A stretch of DNA of 64,000 nucleotides, taken from assembly GCA_000402755.1 (NCBI GenBank), contig AQSD01000004.1, positions 1,366 through 65,365 on the forward strand, in the 5' to 3' direction. Below, one piece after another: positions 25,768 through 34,696 of this stretch. The DNA comes from Fidelibacterota bacterium SCGC AAA160-B08. Its GTDB lineage: Bacteria > Fidelibacterota > Marinisomatia > Marinisomatales > Marinisomataceae. Within the stretch, counting starts at the first letter, position 1. Every line of letters begins with the position of its first letter. The notes beneath the pieces are model-generated. The model saw nothing but the letters and a program-made list of their open reading frames with translations. It had not been told where the DNA came from and made no database searches. The position numbers and the translations under genes are program-made.

Positions 25768-25841
25768 GCGCCCGTAGCTCAATTGGATAGAGCGTCTGGC
25801 TACGAACCAGGAGGCTGTAGGTTCAAATCCTTCCGGGCGTA
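25768..25841 (+). tRNA. tRNA-Arg (anticodon ACG)
   Basis: Acceptor GCGCCCG/CGGGCGT (G1-U72), D arm GCTC/GAGC, anticodon stem TCTGG/CCAGG, loop CTACGAA, T arm GTAGG-TTCAAAT-CCTTC (one U-U mismatch), discriminator A. Confidence 0.85.
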
Positions 25842-25844
25842 CAC

Positions 25845-26342
25845 ATGTCTATTGAAAATCAATTAGGAGCTGTCTCCCATGAAGATTGGATGCGTCGTGC
25901 TTTAAGCATTGCATCAAAAGGAATGAGAGAAGATGAAGTGCCAATCGGTGCCATCGTTGTCTATAAAGGAAAAATTATAGGTCAAGGTTATAATCAATGT
26001 GAATCTTTAAATGATTCTACTGCTCATGCAGAAATGCTAGCAATTACAGCAGCATCCAACACAATAGGAGATTGGCGATTAACTGATTGCACTCTTTATG
26101 TGACAAAAGAGCCTTGTTCTATGTGTGCAGGAGCGATTATAAATAGTCGTATTGATGCTCTATATTTTGGATGTTATGATGAAGATTTTGGTGCATGCGG
26201 TTCCAAGTTAGATATTTGCGGAAATCCTACCTTTAAAACGCCTAGTGTTGTCAGGGGAAATGTTTTGGGTGGAGACTCACTTGTTTTGATCCAAGATTAT
26301 TTTTTCAAGAAAAGAAAAAAGAAGAAAGATTTAGAGTTTTAG
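25845..26342 (+). CDS. tadA: tRNA-specific adenosine-34 deaminase
   Basis: 165 aa with the CDA-fold zinc motifs TAHAEMLAI and EPCSMCAGAI. Length and N-terminal helix (W.R.AL..A) are typical of TadA. Confidence 0.9.
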   Translation: MSIENQLGAVSHEDWMRRALSIASKGMREDEVPIGAIVVYKGKIIGQGYNQCESLNDSTAHAEMLAITAASNTIGDWRLTDCTLYVTKEPCSMCAGAIINSRIDALYFGCYDEDFGACGSKLDICGNPTFKTPSVVRGNVLGGDSLVLIQDYFFKKRKKKKDLEF

Positions 26343-27107
26343 TTAAAGCAGGTAAGGTAAAATAGCTTTTCTATTTTTCGGATAGTTTTCAAATGTTTTA
26401 TTGTACCATTTATGACCAGCAATAGCTCTTGGAACGAGATTTGCCATAGTCCATATCGCAAATGATAAGCCAGCTAATGACCATGTCATTAAAGCAAACG
26501 CAGTCCATTCCATGATTTCACCTAGATAGTTTGGATATGAGACATATTTATACATAAAACCATGAGGAACATGATAGCCTTCCTTATTAGATCTTAAGCG
26601 TAATAAGGTATTGTCTGATTTAATATTGATAGTGGCGCCTATTAGAAATAGTATGATACCTAATATGAAATTCCATTCATAAACATATTCCAGTGGATAT
26701 GCTTGTATAAAGCCTAAATAGTATCCATTGATAAAGCCATTGACCGTATTGAACATAAGTGCTAAGACAATAACTAAGAGTGGCATTTTAGATGAATTTT
26801 TTTGTCTAATAGGGTAGATAATGCTACGATTAAAATAATGACTTAACCACAGTATAAGAAAAATGTATGATACGATGCTTTTTTCTATAGGTCCAGTTAA
26901 GAAAAGATAGCCAACCATAACAGGTGACATGATTTCCATAGTAAACCATCCTAATTTGCTTGGAATCATAATGAAGAACCAAGAACCCCAATTTGACTTA
27001 GAAAACTTACCGTAAGGTGCAGGTATTTTTAACAAGACAAGAAAGGCTATAAATCCCAATAAGAACCAATAATTTATTCCCGCTTGATAAATTTGTAACA
27101 TCGACAA
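26343..27107 (-). CDS. 3-oxo-5-alpha-steroid 4-dehydrogenase (steroid 5-alpha-reductase) family membrane protein
   Basis: 254 aa, polytopic. The C-terminal HVPHGFMYKYVSYPNYLGEIMEW matches the SRD5A/polyprenol-reductase signature. Confidence 0.75.
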   Translation of the reverse strand: MSMLQIYQAGINYWFLLGFIAFLVLLKIPAPYGKFSKSNWGSWFFIMIPSKLGWFTMEIMSPVMVGYLFLTGPIEKSIVSYIFLILWLSHYFNRSIIYPIRQKNSSKMPLLVIVLALMFNTVNGFINGYYLGFIQAYPLEYVYEWNFILGIILFLIGATINIKSDNTLLRLRSNKEGYHVPHGFMYKYVSYPNYLGEIMEWTAFALMTWSLAGLSFAIWTMANLVPRAIAGHKWYNKTFENYPKNRKAILPYLL

Positions 27108-27145
27108 TAATTTATGGCTAATATTGATTCGTTCAAAGAGCGTTT

Positions 27146-27985
27146 ATGGATAATAAAACAATTATAGTAACAGGTGCAACCGATGGAATAGGTTTAGAGG
27201 CAGCCACTAAGATAGCTGCTCTTGGAAATCGCGTAGGTTTAGTAGGTAGAAATCCAGAAAAAGGCGCAAAAGCAATTGAACGCATTACAAGCTTAACTGG
27301 AAATGATAAGCTTGATTTCTTTCAAGCCGATTTAAGTTCAGTTTCTGAGATCAATAAACTTTCGGAAGAAATTAAAAATAAATATTCTAAGCTAAATGTC
27401 TTGCTCAATAATGCTGGGGGAGCAAGCAAAAATAAAATTATCACTTCGGAAGGACTTGAAAAAACATTTGCAACCAATCAAATGAATTATTTTACACTTA
27501 CTACGAACCTTATGGATATGTTATCAGCATCTGAAGGGTCTAGAGTCGTTAATGTTGCATCTAATGCTCATATTGGTGCAGATATTGATTTTCATAATAT
27601 TAATGGAGAAAAAGGTTATTCTTTTTGGAAGGCATACTGTATCTCAAAACTAATGAATATAATGTTTACATATAGGTTAGCAGAAATACAGAATAAAGTG
27701 ACAGTGAATGCACTGCATCCAGGATTTGTTGATACAAATATAGGAGGTAATGAAGGATCTACTATTAAGAAAATTGTTAAATTTGGATCAAAGCTTTTTG
27801 CGAGAACAGTAGAAAATGGAGCAGATTCAAGTATTTATCTTAGCACTTCAGATGAAGTAAATAATATTTCTGGAAAATATTTTTTTAAATGCAGACAAAT
27901 AAAATCATCAAAAGTATCTTACGATAAAAAACAGTGGGATCAAGTATGGAATTTATGTCAGTCCTATAAGGAGAAACTATCATAA
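27146..27985 (+). CDS. short-chain dehydrogenase/reductase (SDR, retinol-dehydrogenase-like)
   Basis: 279 aa with TGATDGIG, NNAG and the catalytic YCISK. Confidence 0.85.
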   Translation: MDNKTIIVTGATDGIGLEAATKIAALGNRVGLVGRNPEKGAKAIERITSLTGNDKLDFFQADLSSVSEINKLSEEIKNKYSKLNVLLNNAGGASKNKIITSEGLEKTFATNQMNYFTLTTNLMDMLSASEGSRVVNVASNAHIGADIDFHNINGEKGYSFWKAYCISKLMNIMFTYRLAEIQNKVTVNALHPGFVDTNIGGNEGSTIKKIVKFGSKLFARTVENGADSSIYLSTSDEVNNISGKYFFKCRQIKSSKVSYDKKQWDQVWNLCQSYKEKLS

Positions 27986-28425
27986 TGAAGCAAAGAATTC
28001 TTATGCGTTCAGAGTATGATTTCTTTAATACTGCATCAACTAGATGGAGAGATATGGATGGATTAGGACATATTAATCATACAATATATTTAGGATTATT
28101 AGAAACAAAGCATAAGGACTTTATTGACCATCTTCATGGTAGCAATGAACATGAGTTTGGTTTGCAAAGTACGGCGGCAGGGTTATTGGCTTCCATGAAA
28201 GTTATGTATATAAAACAAGTTCGTCATCCTGCAGAGCTTGATATAGGATATCGGATTACTAGAGTAGGTTCTAAGAGTTATGATGTTCATCAAGCTATTT
28301 TTGTAAAAGGAGATGACGATCCCGCATTTCAAAGTATTCACACATTTGTAATGTTTAACTTTGTAGAGCAAAAATCAATTCCAGTAGGAGATCTTATCAG
28401 AAACAACCTAAGAGAAATAAAATGA
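27985..28425 (+). CDS. acyl-CoA thioesterase (4HBT/YbgC-like hotdog fold)
   Basis: 146 aa. RWRDMDGLGHINHTIYLGLLE matches the 4HBT catalytic-Asp region. Confidence 0.7.
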   Translation: MKQRILMRSEYDFFNTASTRWRDMDGLGHINHTIYLGLLETKHKDFIDHLHGSNEHEFGLQSTAAGLLASMKVMYIKQVRHPAELDIGYRITRVGSKSYDVHQAIFVKGDDDPAFQSIHTFVMFNFVEQKSIPVGDLIRNNLREIK

Positions 28426-29186
28426 TTACACTGCTATCTCCATCAAAAAAATTAAATTTCAATGAACAAGATATTGTTCATAGTCATACTCAGTGCGATT
28501 TCATTCAAAGCGCTGAATTGCTAGCCAATGAAGCTAAAAATCTTACAGAAAATGACTTAAAAGATTTGATGAACATTAGCGATAAACTTGCAAAGTTAAA
28601 TCGAGATAGATTCGATAGATGGTCTTTGCCTTTCAGTACATCAAATGCAAAGCAAGCCATACTAGCTTTTGATGGAGGTGTATACTCAGGATTAAAGGCA
28701 GAAGATTTCAAAGAGAAAGATTTTGATTTTGCTCAAAACCATTTAAGGATTCTATCAGGATTGTATGGAATTTTAAAGCCCTTAGATCTTATTCAGCCTT
28801 ATAGGTTAGAAATGGGTATATCTTTTAAGAATAATAAAGGAAAAAACTTGTATGAATTCTGGAAGGAAGACCTAACTCAAAATTTAAATAATACGCTCAA
28901 GGAGCACAAAAATCCTACCATAATAAACTGTGCATCAGTTGAATATTTTTCAGCTATTGATTTAAGTAAGCTCAATGGAAAAATCTTGTCTATAGTATTT
29001 AAGGAATATCGAAATGATGAATTAAAATTTATCTCTTTCAATGCAAAGAAGGCTAGAGGTTTAATGACTCAATATATTATGAAAAATAAGATTGACAGTA
29101 ATGATGATATTAAAGATTTCAGTTATGATAATTATAATTTTGATTTAAAACTTTCTGATGATTCAACTTTTGTATTCACCAGATAA
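28422..29186 (+). CDS. yaaA: peroxide stress protein YaaA (UPF0246/DUF328)
   Basis: 254 aa with LLSPSKKLNF at the N-terminus, ILSGLYGILKPLDLIQPYRLEM, and FSAI...KKARG.M. Confidence 0.85.
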   Translation: MITLLSPSKKLNFNEQDIVHSHTQCDFIQSAELLANEAKNLTENDLKDLMNISDKLAKLNRDRFDRWSLPFSTSNAKQAILAFDGGVYSGLKAEDFKEKDFDFAQNHLRILSGLYGILKPLDLIQPYRLEMGISFKNNKGKNLYEFWKEDLTQNLNNTLKEHKNPTIINCASVEYFSAIDLSKLNGKILSIVFKEYRNDELKFISFNAKKARGLMTQYIMKNKIDSNDDIKDFSYDNYNFDLKLSDDSTFVFTR

Positions 29187-29212
29187 ATAATAAAAAAAAT
29201 AAAGGAAAAAAA

Positions 29213-30703
29213 ATGAAAAAATACATGTCAATATTAGCAGTATTTTTATTTTCAATTAGCATTATGCAAGTTGTTAGCTGTGCTAGTTCTGAGGGTGAAA
29301 TGTCAAGACAAACAGGAGAAGCTTCAAAAGAAGCTGCTGCTGGTCTAGATGCAGCCCACCACGTTATGTTTGAGTTAGCTAGAGCTGAATTTGAGAAAGG
29401 AATTGATAAGGATCCTAATTGTGTAACATGCTATTTAAATAAGGCGCATGTAGAGCAAGATAGAGTATTAAAAAGAGAATTACTTGAGACTGCTCTAGAG
29501 CTATCAAAACCAGGACATCCAGAAACTATACTTGCTCAAGCAGCAGTAGATTGGATAAATGGGGAAGGCGATCGATTTGCAGGATACTCTGATTTATATA
29601 AAAAATACCCAAATGACAGATTTTTAGCTGCTGGCGCCTATAGAAGTCTTCAACGTGAAGATAAGGTAGCAGAGGCAAGAGTCATGTTATTAGAAGCAGC
29701 TGATAGATTAAACCAAGGACACTTATATAATTTATTAGCCTATTCTTATATGTGGAATGTAGAGCCTAAATCAGAAGAATATGATATGGCATTACCATAC
29801 ATTAAAAAATATATGGAATTAGATCCAAAGCAAGCAAACGCATTGGACTCTCTTGGAGAGTTTTATTTAAATAAGGGAGACTATGATTTAGCTATAAAAT
29901 ACTATATGGAAGCAACAGAAATGGATCCAACTTTTTCATGGGGCCCAAGAAATACTGCGTTAGCTCAGTATGAAGCAAAATTATCACATGATGAAGCTAA
30001 AATTATGCGCACAAGTACAGAGAATGAAGATGCAGATAGTGCATTTGACATGGGAAGATGGCAGCTTTATAATTTAGAATGGGAAAATGCATATAAGTCA
30101 TTTTCATATGCAATTGAACAAGATCCTACTTTTGCACTTGCACATGCAATGAGAGCTAGAACAAGTAGTTTCTTAGGTAATCAAGGCGATATTGCAGATG
30201 ATATAGATATTGCTGTCAGTATGTCTTTAAATGCTTCAGATGATGAAGCTGCGATCATTAATGCTGTTGCTAATGATATGAAAAATGGAACTAGCACCTT
30301 CAACGCATTGAGCGAGAGATTGGCTGACAAATATTTAGATGATTCATTTCTAGCTTTTGAAACAGTATTTGCTACTATTTCTGAAGCAGGAGCAGATAAA
30401 GTTCTTGTTAGAGCAAAAGCTTTATATGCAATGAATCCAAACTTTACTCCAGTATTAAATATGATGGGATATGCATATATGGATAAAGATGATTTAGATA
30501 GCGCAGGTAAAGTATTGCAAGAACAAATAAGAAGAGCGTCTGGATCAGCAAATCCTTACGATTCAATGGCAGATTATTACCTAGCAATGGATAATCAAGT
30601 TGATGCCTTAAGATATTTTGAACAAGCAGCTAAAATGGGACTTAAAGCAAGTGTCGATAAAGCTGACAGTTTAAAATCTCAATTAGATAAAGAAAATGAA
30701 TAG
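29213..30703 (+). CDS. TPR-repeat lipoprotein
   Basis: 496 aa with lipobox VVSC. Several TPR-like units (ALDSLGEFYLNKGDYDLAIKYYMEATEMDP..., PYDSMADYYLAMDNQVDALRYFEQA). Confidence 0.65.
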   Translation: MKKYMSILAVFLFSISIMQVVSCASSEGEMSRQTGEASKEAAAGLDAAHHVMFELARAEFEKGIDKDPNCVTCYLNKAHVEQDRVLKRELLETALELSKPGHPETILAQAAVDWINGEGDRFAGYSDLYKKYPNDRFLAAGAYRSLQREDKVAEARVMLLEAADRLNQGHLYNLLAYSYMWNVEPKSEEYDMALPYIKKYMELDPKQANALDSLGEFYLNKGDYDLAIKYYMEATEMDPTFSWGPRNTALAQYEAKLSHDEAKIMRTSTENEDADSAFDMGRWQLYNLEWENAYKSFSYAIEQDPTFALAHAMRARTSSFLGNQGDIADDIDIAVSMSLNASDDEAAIINAVANDMKNGTSTFNALSERLADKYLDDSFLAFETVFATISEAGADKVLVRAKALYAMNPNFTPVLNMMGYAYMDKDDLDSAGKVLQEQIRRASGSANPYDSMADYYLAMDNQVDALRYFEQAAKMGLKASVDKADSLKSQLDKENE

Positions 30704-30715
30704 AGAGGAATTAAT

Positions 30716-31075
30716 ATGGCAAATGTAATAAAAAAGAACTTTAGCAATCCTGACGAATTGCGAGAACCAGATAAAATGAAAGTTGAGTTTCTAGAATTTC
30801 CATCAGGAAAAGTTGCTAGACTAACTTCACAGCCTGGTTGGACATGGACAGAATGTGTAAGTCCAATTGCAGGTACTGAAACATGTCAAGCGCATCATTT
30901 AGGAGTTGTTACCAAAGGTGATTTAACAATTTTTGGTGACGATGGATCAGAAGAGACATTTGGTCCTGGTGATGCATATGAAGTTTTACCAGGTCATACA
31001 GCTCAAGTTAATGGAGATGAAGAGGTAGAATGTTTTGAATTTTCATCAGAAACAGCTGAGACGTATGCAAAATAA
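30716..31075 (+). CDS. cupin-domain protein
   Basis: 119 aa. The H.H...V..G and GD.Y.V.PGH patterns fit a small cupin barrel. Confidence 0.6.
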   Translation: MANVIKKNFSNPDELREPDKMKVEFLEFPSGKVARLTSQPGWTWTECVSPIAGTETCQAHHLGVVTKGDLTIFGDDGSEETFGPGDAYEVLPGHTAQVNGDEEVECFEFSSETAETYAK

Positions 31076-31102
31076 CTAATCTTTAATTATTAATAATTGA
31101 AT

Positions 31103-31135
31103 AAAAAAGCATAGAATTTGATTTTATGCTTTTTT
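31103..31135. terminator. bidirectional intrinsic terminator between convergent genes
   Basis: 9-bp stem AAAAGCATA (31105-31113) / TATGCTTTT (31125-31133) with an 11-nt loop. It is flanked by an A-run and a T-run and overlaps the last codons of the minus-strand gene. Confidence 0.6.
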
Positions 31136-31592
31136 ATTTGAAAAAAAATCTTCCAAACCAAGAAGCTAAGCGAAGTTTTATTTTCATAGATAGGGACATA
31201 TCATAACACGTAATTAATCTCGTATCAGCTAAAGCTGCTTCTCTGTGTATGAGAGAAGATTTGTACCAATCAATTTCTGTCATTTCAAGAAATTTTTTCA
31301 TATTAGGATACCATATTACTCCAACTTCATCCCACTTATCTTTATCTGGACCAATCATTGTTAATCTTATTTTTGACCACCATAATACCTTCCCACCAAC
31401 CTTTGTAACTGCCTTAGTAGCAATGTCACTATATTTTTTATACGCATTTCTTCCAGATATATTATTTAATTGGCTATCTTTATAATTAGCATTTTTATTG
31501 TATGAAAATAGATTTATCTGCACGAGAGGCTTTCCATCGTCATGATTTTTTTTAGCATATTCAATCGTTTGTTCTGTTGGAATTATGAACAT
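31134..31592 (-). CDS. DUF1330-like (dimeric alpha/beta barrel) protein
   Basis: 152 aa. The ...GGKVLW......G......WDEVGVIWYPNMKKFLEM..IDWYK....HREAAL.DTRLI pattern resembles DUF1330 (from memory). Confidence 0.5.
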   Translation of the reverse strand: MFIIPTEQTIEYAKKNHDDGKPLVQINLFSYNKNANYKDSQLNNISGRNAYKKYSDIATKAVTKVGGKVLWWSKIRLTMIGPDKDKWDEVGVIWYPNMKKFLEMTEIDWYKSSLIHREAALADTRLITCYDMSLSMKIKLRLASWFGRFFFK

Positions 31593-31666
31593 TATTTACA
31601 ACCTTTCATTATTTATCATTACAAAATTTAAAACTTTCCTTAAATTGTCCAAAGCAAAGGATTCAA

Positions 31667-33277
31667 TTGAGTAAAAATTACCAAATTTTAGCACTAAAAT
31701 GGAGACCAAAACATTTTAAGGATGTTGTTGGTCAGAACCATATCACCGAAACATTACAAAAAGCATTCGAAAAGAATCGTATTGCTCAAGCTTTTTTATT
31801 TGCAGGTCCTAGAGGAGTTGGTAAAACAACAACAGCTCGATTGTTGGCCATGTCTTTAAATGGATCAGATACTCCTTCAACAGATTATGATACCGATTCA
31901 GACGCAGTAAAAGAGATCATCGAAGGAAGATCGATGGATGTTATTGAAATTGACGGTGCATCAAATAGAGGTATCGATGAGATACGCGAATTGAGAGAAA
32001 ATATTAAATTCATGCCTTTGTCAGGTAAATTTAAAGTAGTTATTATTGATGAAGTACATATGCTGACAGTTCAAGCATTTAATGCACTACTTAAGACATT
32101 AGAAGAACCGCCTACACATGTAAAATTTATTATGGCTACTACAGATATCCATAAAGTTCCACAGACAATTATTTCTCGATGCCAACGTTTTGACTTCCTA
32201 CCTATGACAAACACTGTTATTAAAGATAGGCTAAAGCATATACTTGAAGTAGAGTCGGTAAAAATTGACGATGCTTCATTGGAATTAATTGCTAGCAAGT
32301 CTGATGGTAGCATGAGAGATGCTTTAGGTTTTTTAGATCAAGTATTAGTGTTTAGTGATAAAAAGATTAGCACAGAGATGGTAATTGATTTGCTTGGTAT
32401 TGTTCCTACAGAAATTTATTTTAATATTACAGATGCTCTCCATAATAAAGATGGAGATAGTCTTATCTTAGCTATCCAAAAAATTAGAGATAAAGGCTAT
32501 ATTATTGAAGATCTTCTAAAGGGGTTAATAGGTCATTTTCGTAATCTTGCTTTGCTTCATTATACGAACGGATTAGGGTTAGCTGGTGTTTCACCGGAAG
32601 TAGCTAAAGCGTATACAAGTATTCGTTATGAATGGACACTGAAAGATATAGTAAGATTATCAACGAATCTGTCAGAATTATATTCATCAATTAAGCAATT
32701 TTCAGATCAATATTTAATTTTTGAAATGACGTTAATCAAGTTGTTACAATTTGATAAGAGCGTAGATATTGAGAAATTTTTAGACTCAAATATTGTTGAA
32801 AGTGCTACGCCTGTAGAGACGATTAAAAAGAGTGCTCCAAAGGCAAAGTCAACACCTAAAGTGGAGACTAATCACAAAGAACTTAAAGTTGAGGTTGAGA
32901 AAAAAGAAGTTAAAGAGGAAAAAAAAGCGAAAAGCAGTCGCTCTAAAATCTCTATAGAAGATGTAAAAAATTCTTGGAGTGAAATTTTAAAAAAAGTATC
33001 TAAGGAAAGAGGCTCTATTGGAGTTTTACTAGAAACATGTATTGTTGGAGATTTGAAAGACGATACTTTAGAGTTAATATCCTATGACAGTAATGAGTTT
33101 AGTCAGAAGCTTCTGAAGGATCCTTTTATTTTATCTACAATAAACTCAGTTCTAAAATCTTCATTGAAGGTGAATATTGTTGTTGATACCAATGTAGCAA
33201 AAATTGAAGAAGACGTAAAAGAAGAAATTAATCAAGATGATATTGTCAAATTATTTGACGGAAAGGATTTTGCCTAA
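31667..33277 (+). CDS. dnaX: DNA polymerase III subunit tau (and possibly gamma)
   Basis: 536 aa, TTG start with an AAGGA SD. YQILALKWRPKHF, Walker A GPRGVGKTT, DEVHML, and SRCQRF sensor motif. Confidence 0.95.
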   Translation: MSKNYQILALKWRPKHFKDVVGQNHITETLQKAFEKNRIAQAFLFAGPRGVGKTTTARLLAMSLNGSDTPSTDYDTDSDAVKEIIEGRSMDVIEIDGASNRGIDEIRELRENIKFMPLSGKFKVVIIDEVHMLTVQAFNALLKTLEEPPTHVKFIMATTDIHKVPQTIISRCQRFDFLPMTNTVIKDRLKHILEVESVKIDDASLELIASKSDGSMRDALGFLDQVLVFSDKKISTEMVIDLLGIVPTEIYFNITDALHNKDGDSLILAIQKIRDKGYIIEDLLKGLIGHFRNLALLHYTNGLGLAGVSPEVAKAYTSIRYEWTLKDIVRLSTNLSELYSSIKQFSDQYLIFEMTLIKLLQFDKSVDIEKFLDSNIVESATPVETIKKSAPKAKSTPKVETNHKELKVEVEKKEVKEEKKAKSSRSKISIEDVKNSWSEILKKVSKERGSIGVLLETCIVGDLKDDTLELISYDSNEFSQKLLKDPFILSTINSVLKSSLKVNIVVDTNVAKIEEDVKEEINQDDIVKLFDGKDFA

Positions 33278-33591
33278 TGTTTGGAAATATGAAAGAAATG
33301 ATGAAACAAGCACAGAATATGAAATCTGAAATGACCAAAGTTAAAAAAGAGCTCGAGAAGATTGAAGTCCAAGGATCCTCTTCTAATGAATCATGTATTG
33401 TTACTATGACAGCTGATATGAAAACTACTAAAGTTGAAATTGAAGAAACATTGCTTAGCAGTGATGCTTATATCATTGAAAATGCAATCAAAGTTGCTGT
33501 TAATAATGCGCTAGAAAAAGCAAAAGATACTTCCGCAAAAAGACTTAAATCTGTAACAGGCGGATTAATGGATAATATTCCAGGAATGTAA
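33277..33591 (+). CDS. ybaB: nucleoid-associated protein YbaB/EbfC
   Basis: 104 aa with MMKQAQ.M......+.EL and the C-terminal GLM..IPGM. The position between dnaX and recR is conserved. Confidence 0.9.
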   Translation: MFGNMKEMMKQAQNMKSEMTKVKKELEKIEVQGSSSNESCIVTMTADMKTTKVEIEETLLSSDAYIIENAIKVAVNNALEKAKDTSAKRLKSVTGGLMDNIPGM

Positions 33592-34190
33592 TGAGTAAAG
33601 TAGTAGTATATATTGACCAATTAGTAGAGGCTTTAACAAAATTTCCCGGAGTAGGTAGAAAGGGAGCTGAGCGTATTGCATATTTTATTGTTCGTTCTAA
33701 TAAGTCCGTTGCAAAAGATTTGATAGTTGGTCTAGATAATATAAGTGAAAAACTATCTAATTGTGATAATTGTGGAATGATTTTCTTGAAAGAGGACGAA
33801 GACTGTAGCTGTAATTCAAATCGAAACGCCTCATGTTTGTGCGTTGTTGAAAACGTTGAAGATGCTGTAAAAATTGAAAATACTAATAGTTATGATGGTT
33901 TGTATCATGTTCTTGGAGGTGCTATATCGCCATTGGATGGCATAGGACCATCCGAGTTATCTTTTGATAAGCTTTTAAATCGTATTGATGACAAATTAGA
34001 AGAAGTTATTATTGCTACCAATCCAAGTACGTCAGGCAATGCAACTGCGATGTATGTAGAAAAAATATTAAAAGATAAAAAAGTGATTATTTCTAGATTA
34101 GCAGTAGGCTTACCTGTTGGTAGTAATCTAGAGTACATAGATGATAAAACAGTAACCACTGCTATTGAAGGAAGGGTAAAGCTCAATTGA
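33591..34190 (+). CDS. recR: recombination protein RecR
   Basis: 199 aa with the HhH LTKFPGVGRKGAERIA, a C4 zinc finger CDNCG...CSC, and the Toprim region VVENVEDA...YHVLGG. Confidence 0.95.
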   Translation: MSKVVVYIDQLVEALTKFPGVGRKGAERIAYFIVRSNKSVAKDLIVGLDNISEKLSNCDNCGMIFLKEDEDCSCNSNRNASCLCVVENVEDAVKIENTNSYDGLYHVLGGAISPLDGIGPSELSFDKLLNRIDDKLEEVIIATNPSTSGNATAMYVEKILKDKKVIISRLAVGLPVGSNLEYIDDKTVTTAIEGRVKLN

Positions 34191-34690
34191 AAAACTTTAT
34201 CAATTTTTTAACTTATTCTCGCATTATTCTCACTCCACTTATTATATATCTTATTTATAGCGATAATCATATAGCAGCTGCATTGGTTTTTGCTTATTGC
34301 AGTTTCAGCGATATTGCTGATGGAAGATTGGCTCGCAAACATAATCTTGTATCAGAAAAAGGTAATTATATTGATCCTTTAGCAGATAAAATTCTGATGA
34401 TAGGAACATTAACAATACTAGCTTACCAAGGAATAATACTGCTCTGGGCTTACTGTATTATTGTTGGTCGCGATGTTTTAATTACGATGTATAGAAACTA
34501 CCTTATCGGAAAGGATAAGCCTCTAGTGACATCTCAATACGGAAAGTGGAAAACTGTATTTCAGCATGTTATGATTATTGTTATTTTATTGAACAGCCCT
34601 ACACAAGATATTATTAATCTAATTGTTTCATTTAATGCAATTTATGCAGCATCAACAGGATTTGAATATGTGTTCAAAAATGGATTTTAA
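34187..34690 (+). CDS. pgsA: CDP-diacylglycerol--glycerol-3-phosphate 3-phosphatidyltransferase
   Basis: 167 aa, TTG start overlapping the recR stop (TTGA). CDP-alcohol phosphatidyltransferase motif DIADGRLARK...G..IDPLADK. Confidence 0.8.
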   Translation: MKNFINFLTYSRIILTPLIIYLIYSDNHIAAALVFAYCSFSDIADGRLARKHNLVSEKGNYIDPLADKILMIGTLTILAYQGIILLWAYCIIVGRDVLITMYRNYLIGKDKPLVTSQYGKWKTVFQHVMIIVILLNSPTQDIINLIVSFNAIYAASTGFEYVFKNGF

Positions 34691-34696
34691 AAAAAT

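Noticed and set aside
31593-31666. Looked for an SRP (4.5S) RNA gene upstream of dnaX, as in the Bacillus tadA-scr-dnaX arrangement.
   Set aside because: The gap is only 74 bp, AT-rich and lies between divergent genes. No GGAA/GNAR tetraloop helix-8-like hairpin is visible.
32899-32905. A second A-rich heptamer in dnaX (G AAA AAA, 32899-32905), about 20 nt upstream of the candidate frameshift site.
   Set aside because: The first position is G, so P-site re-pairing after a -1 slip would be mismatched. The -1 frame from here runs much further before a stop. The downstream A AAA AAA site fits far better.
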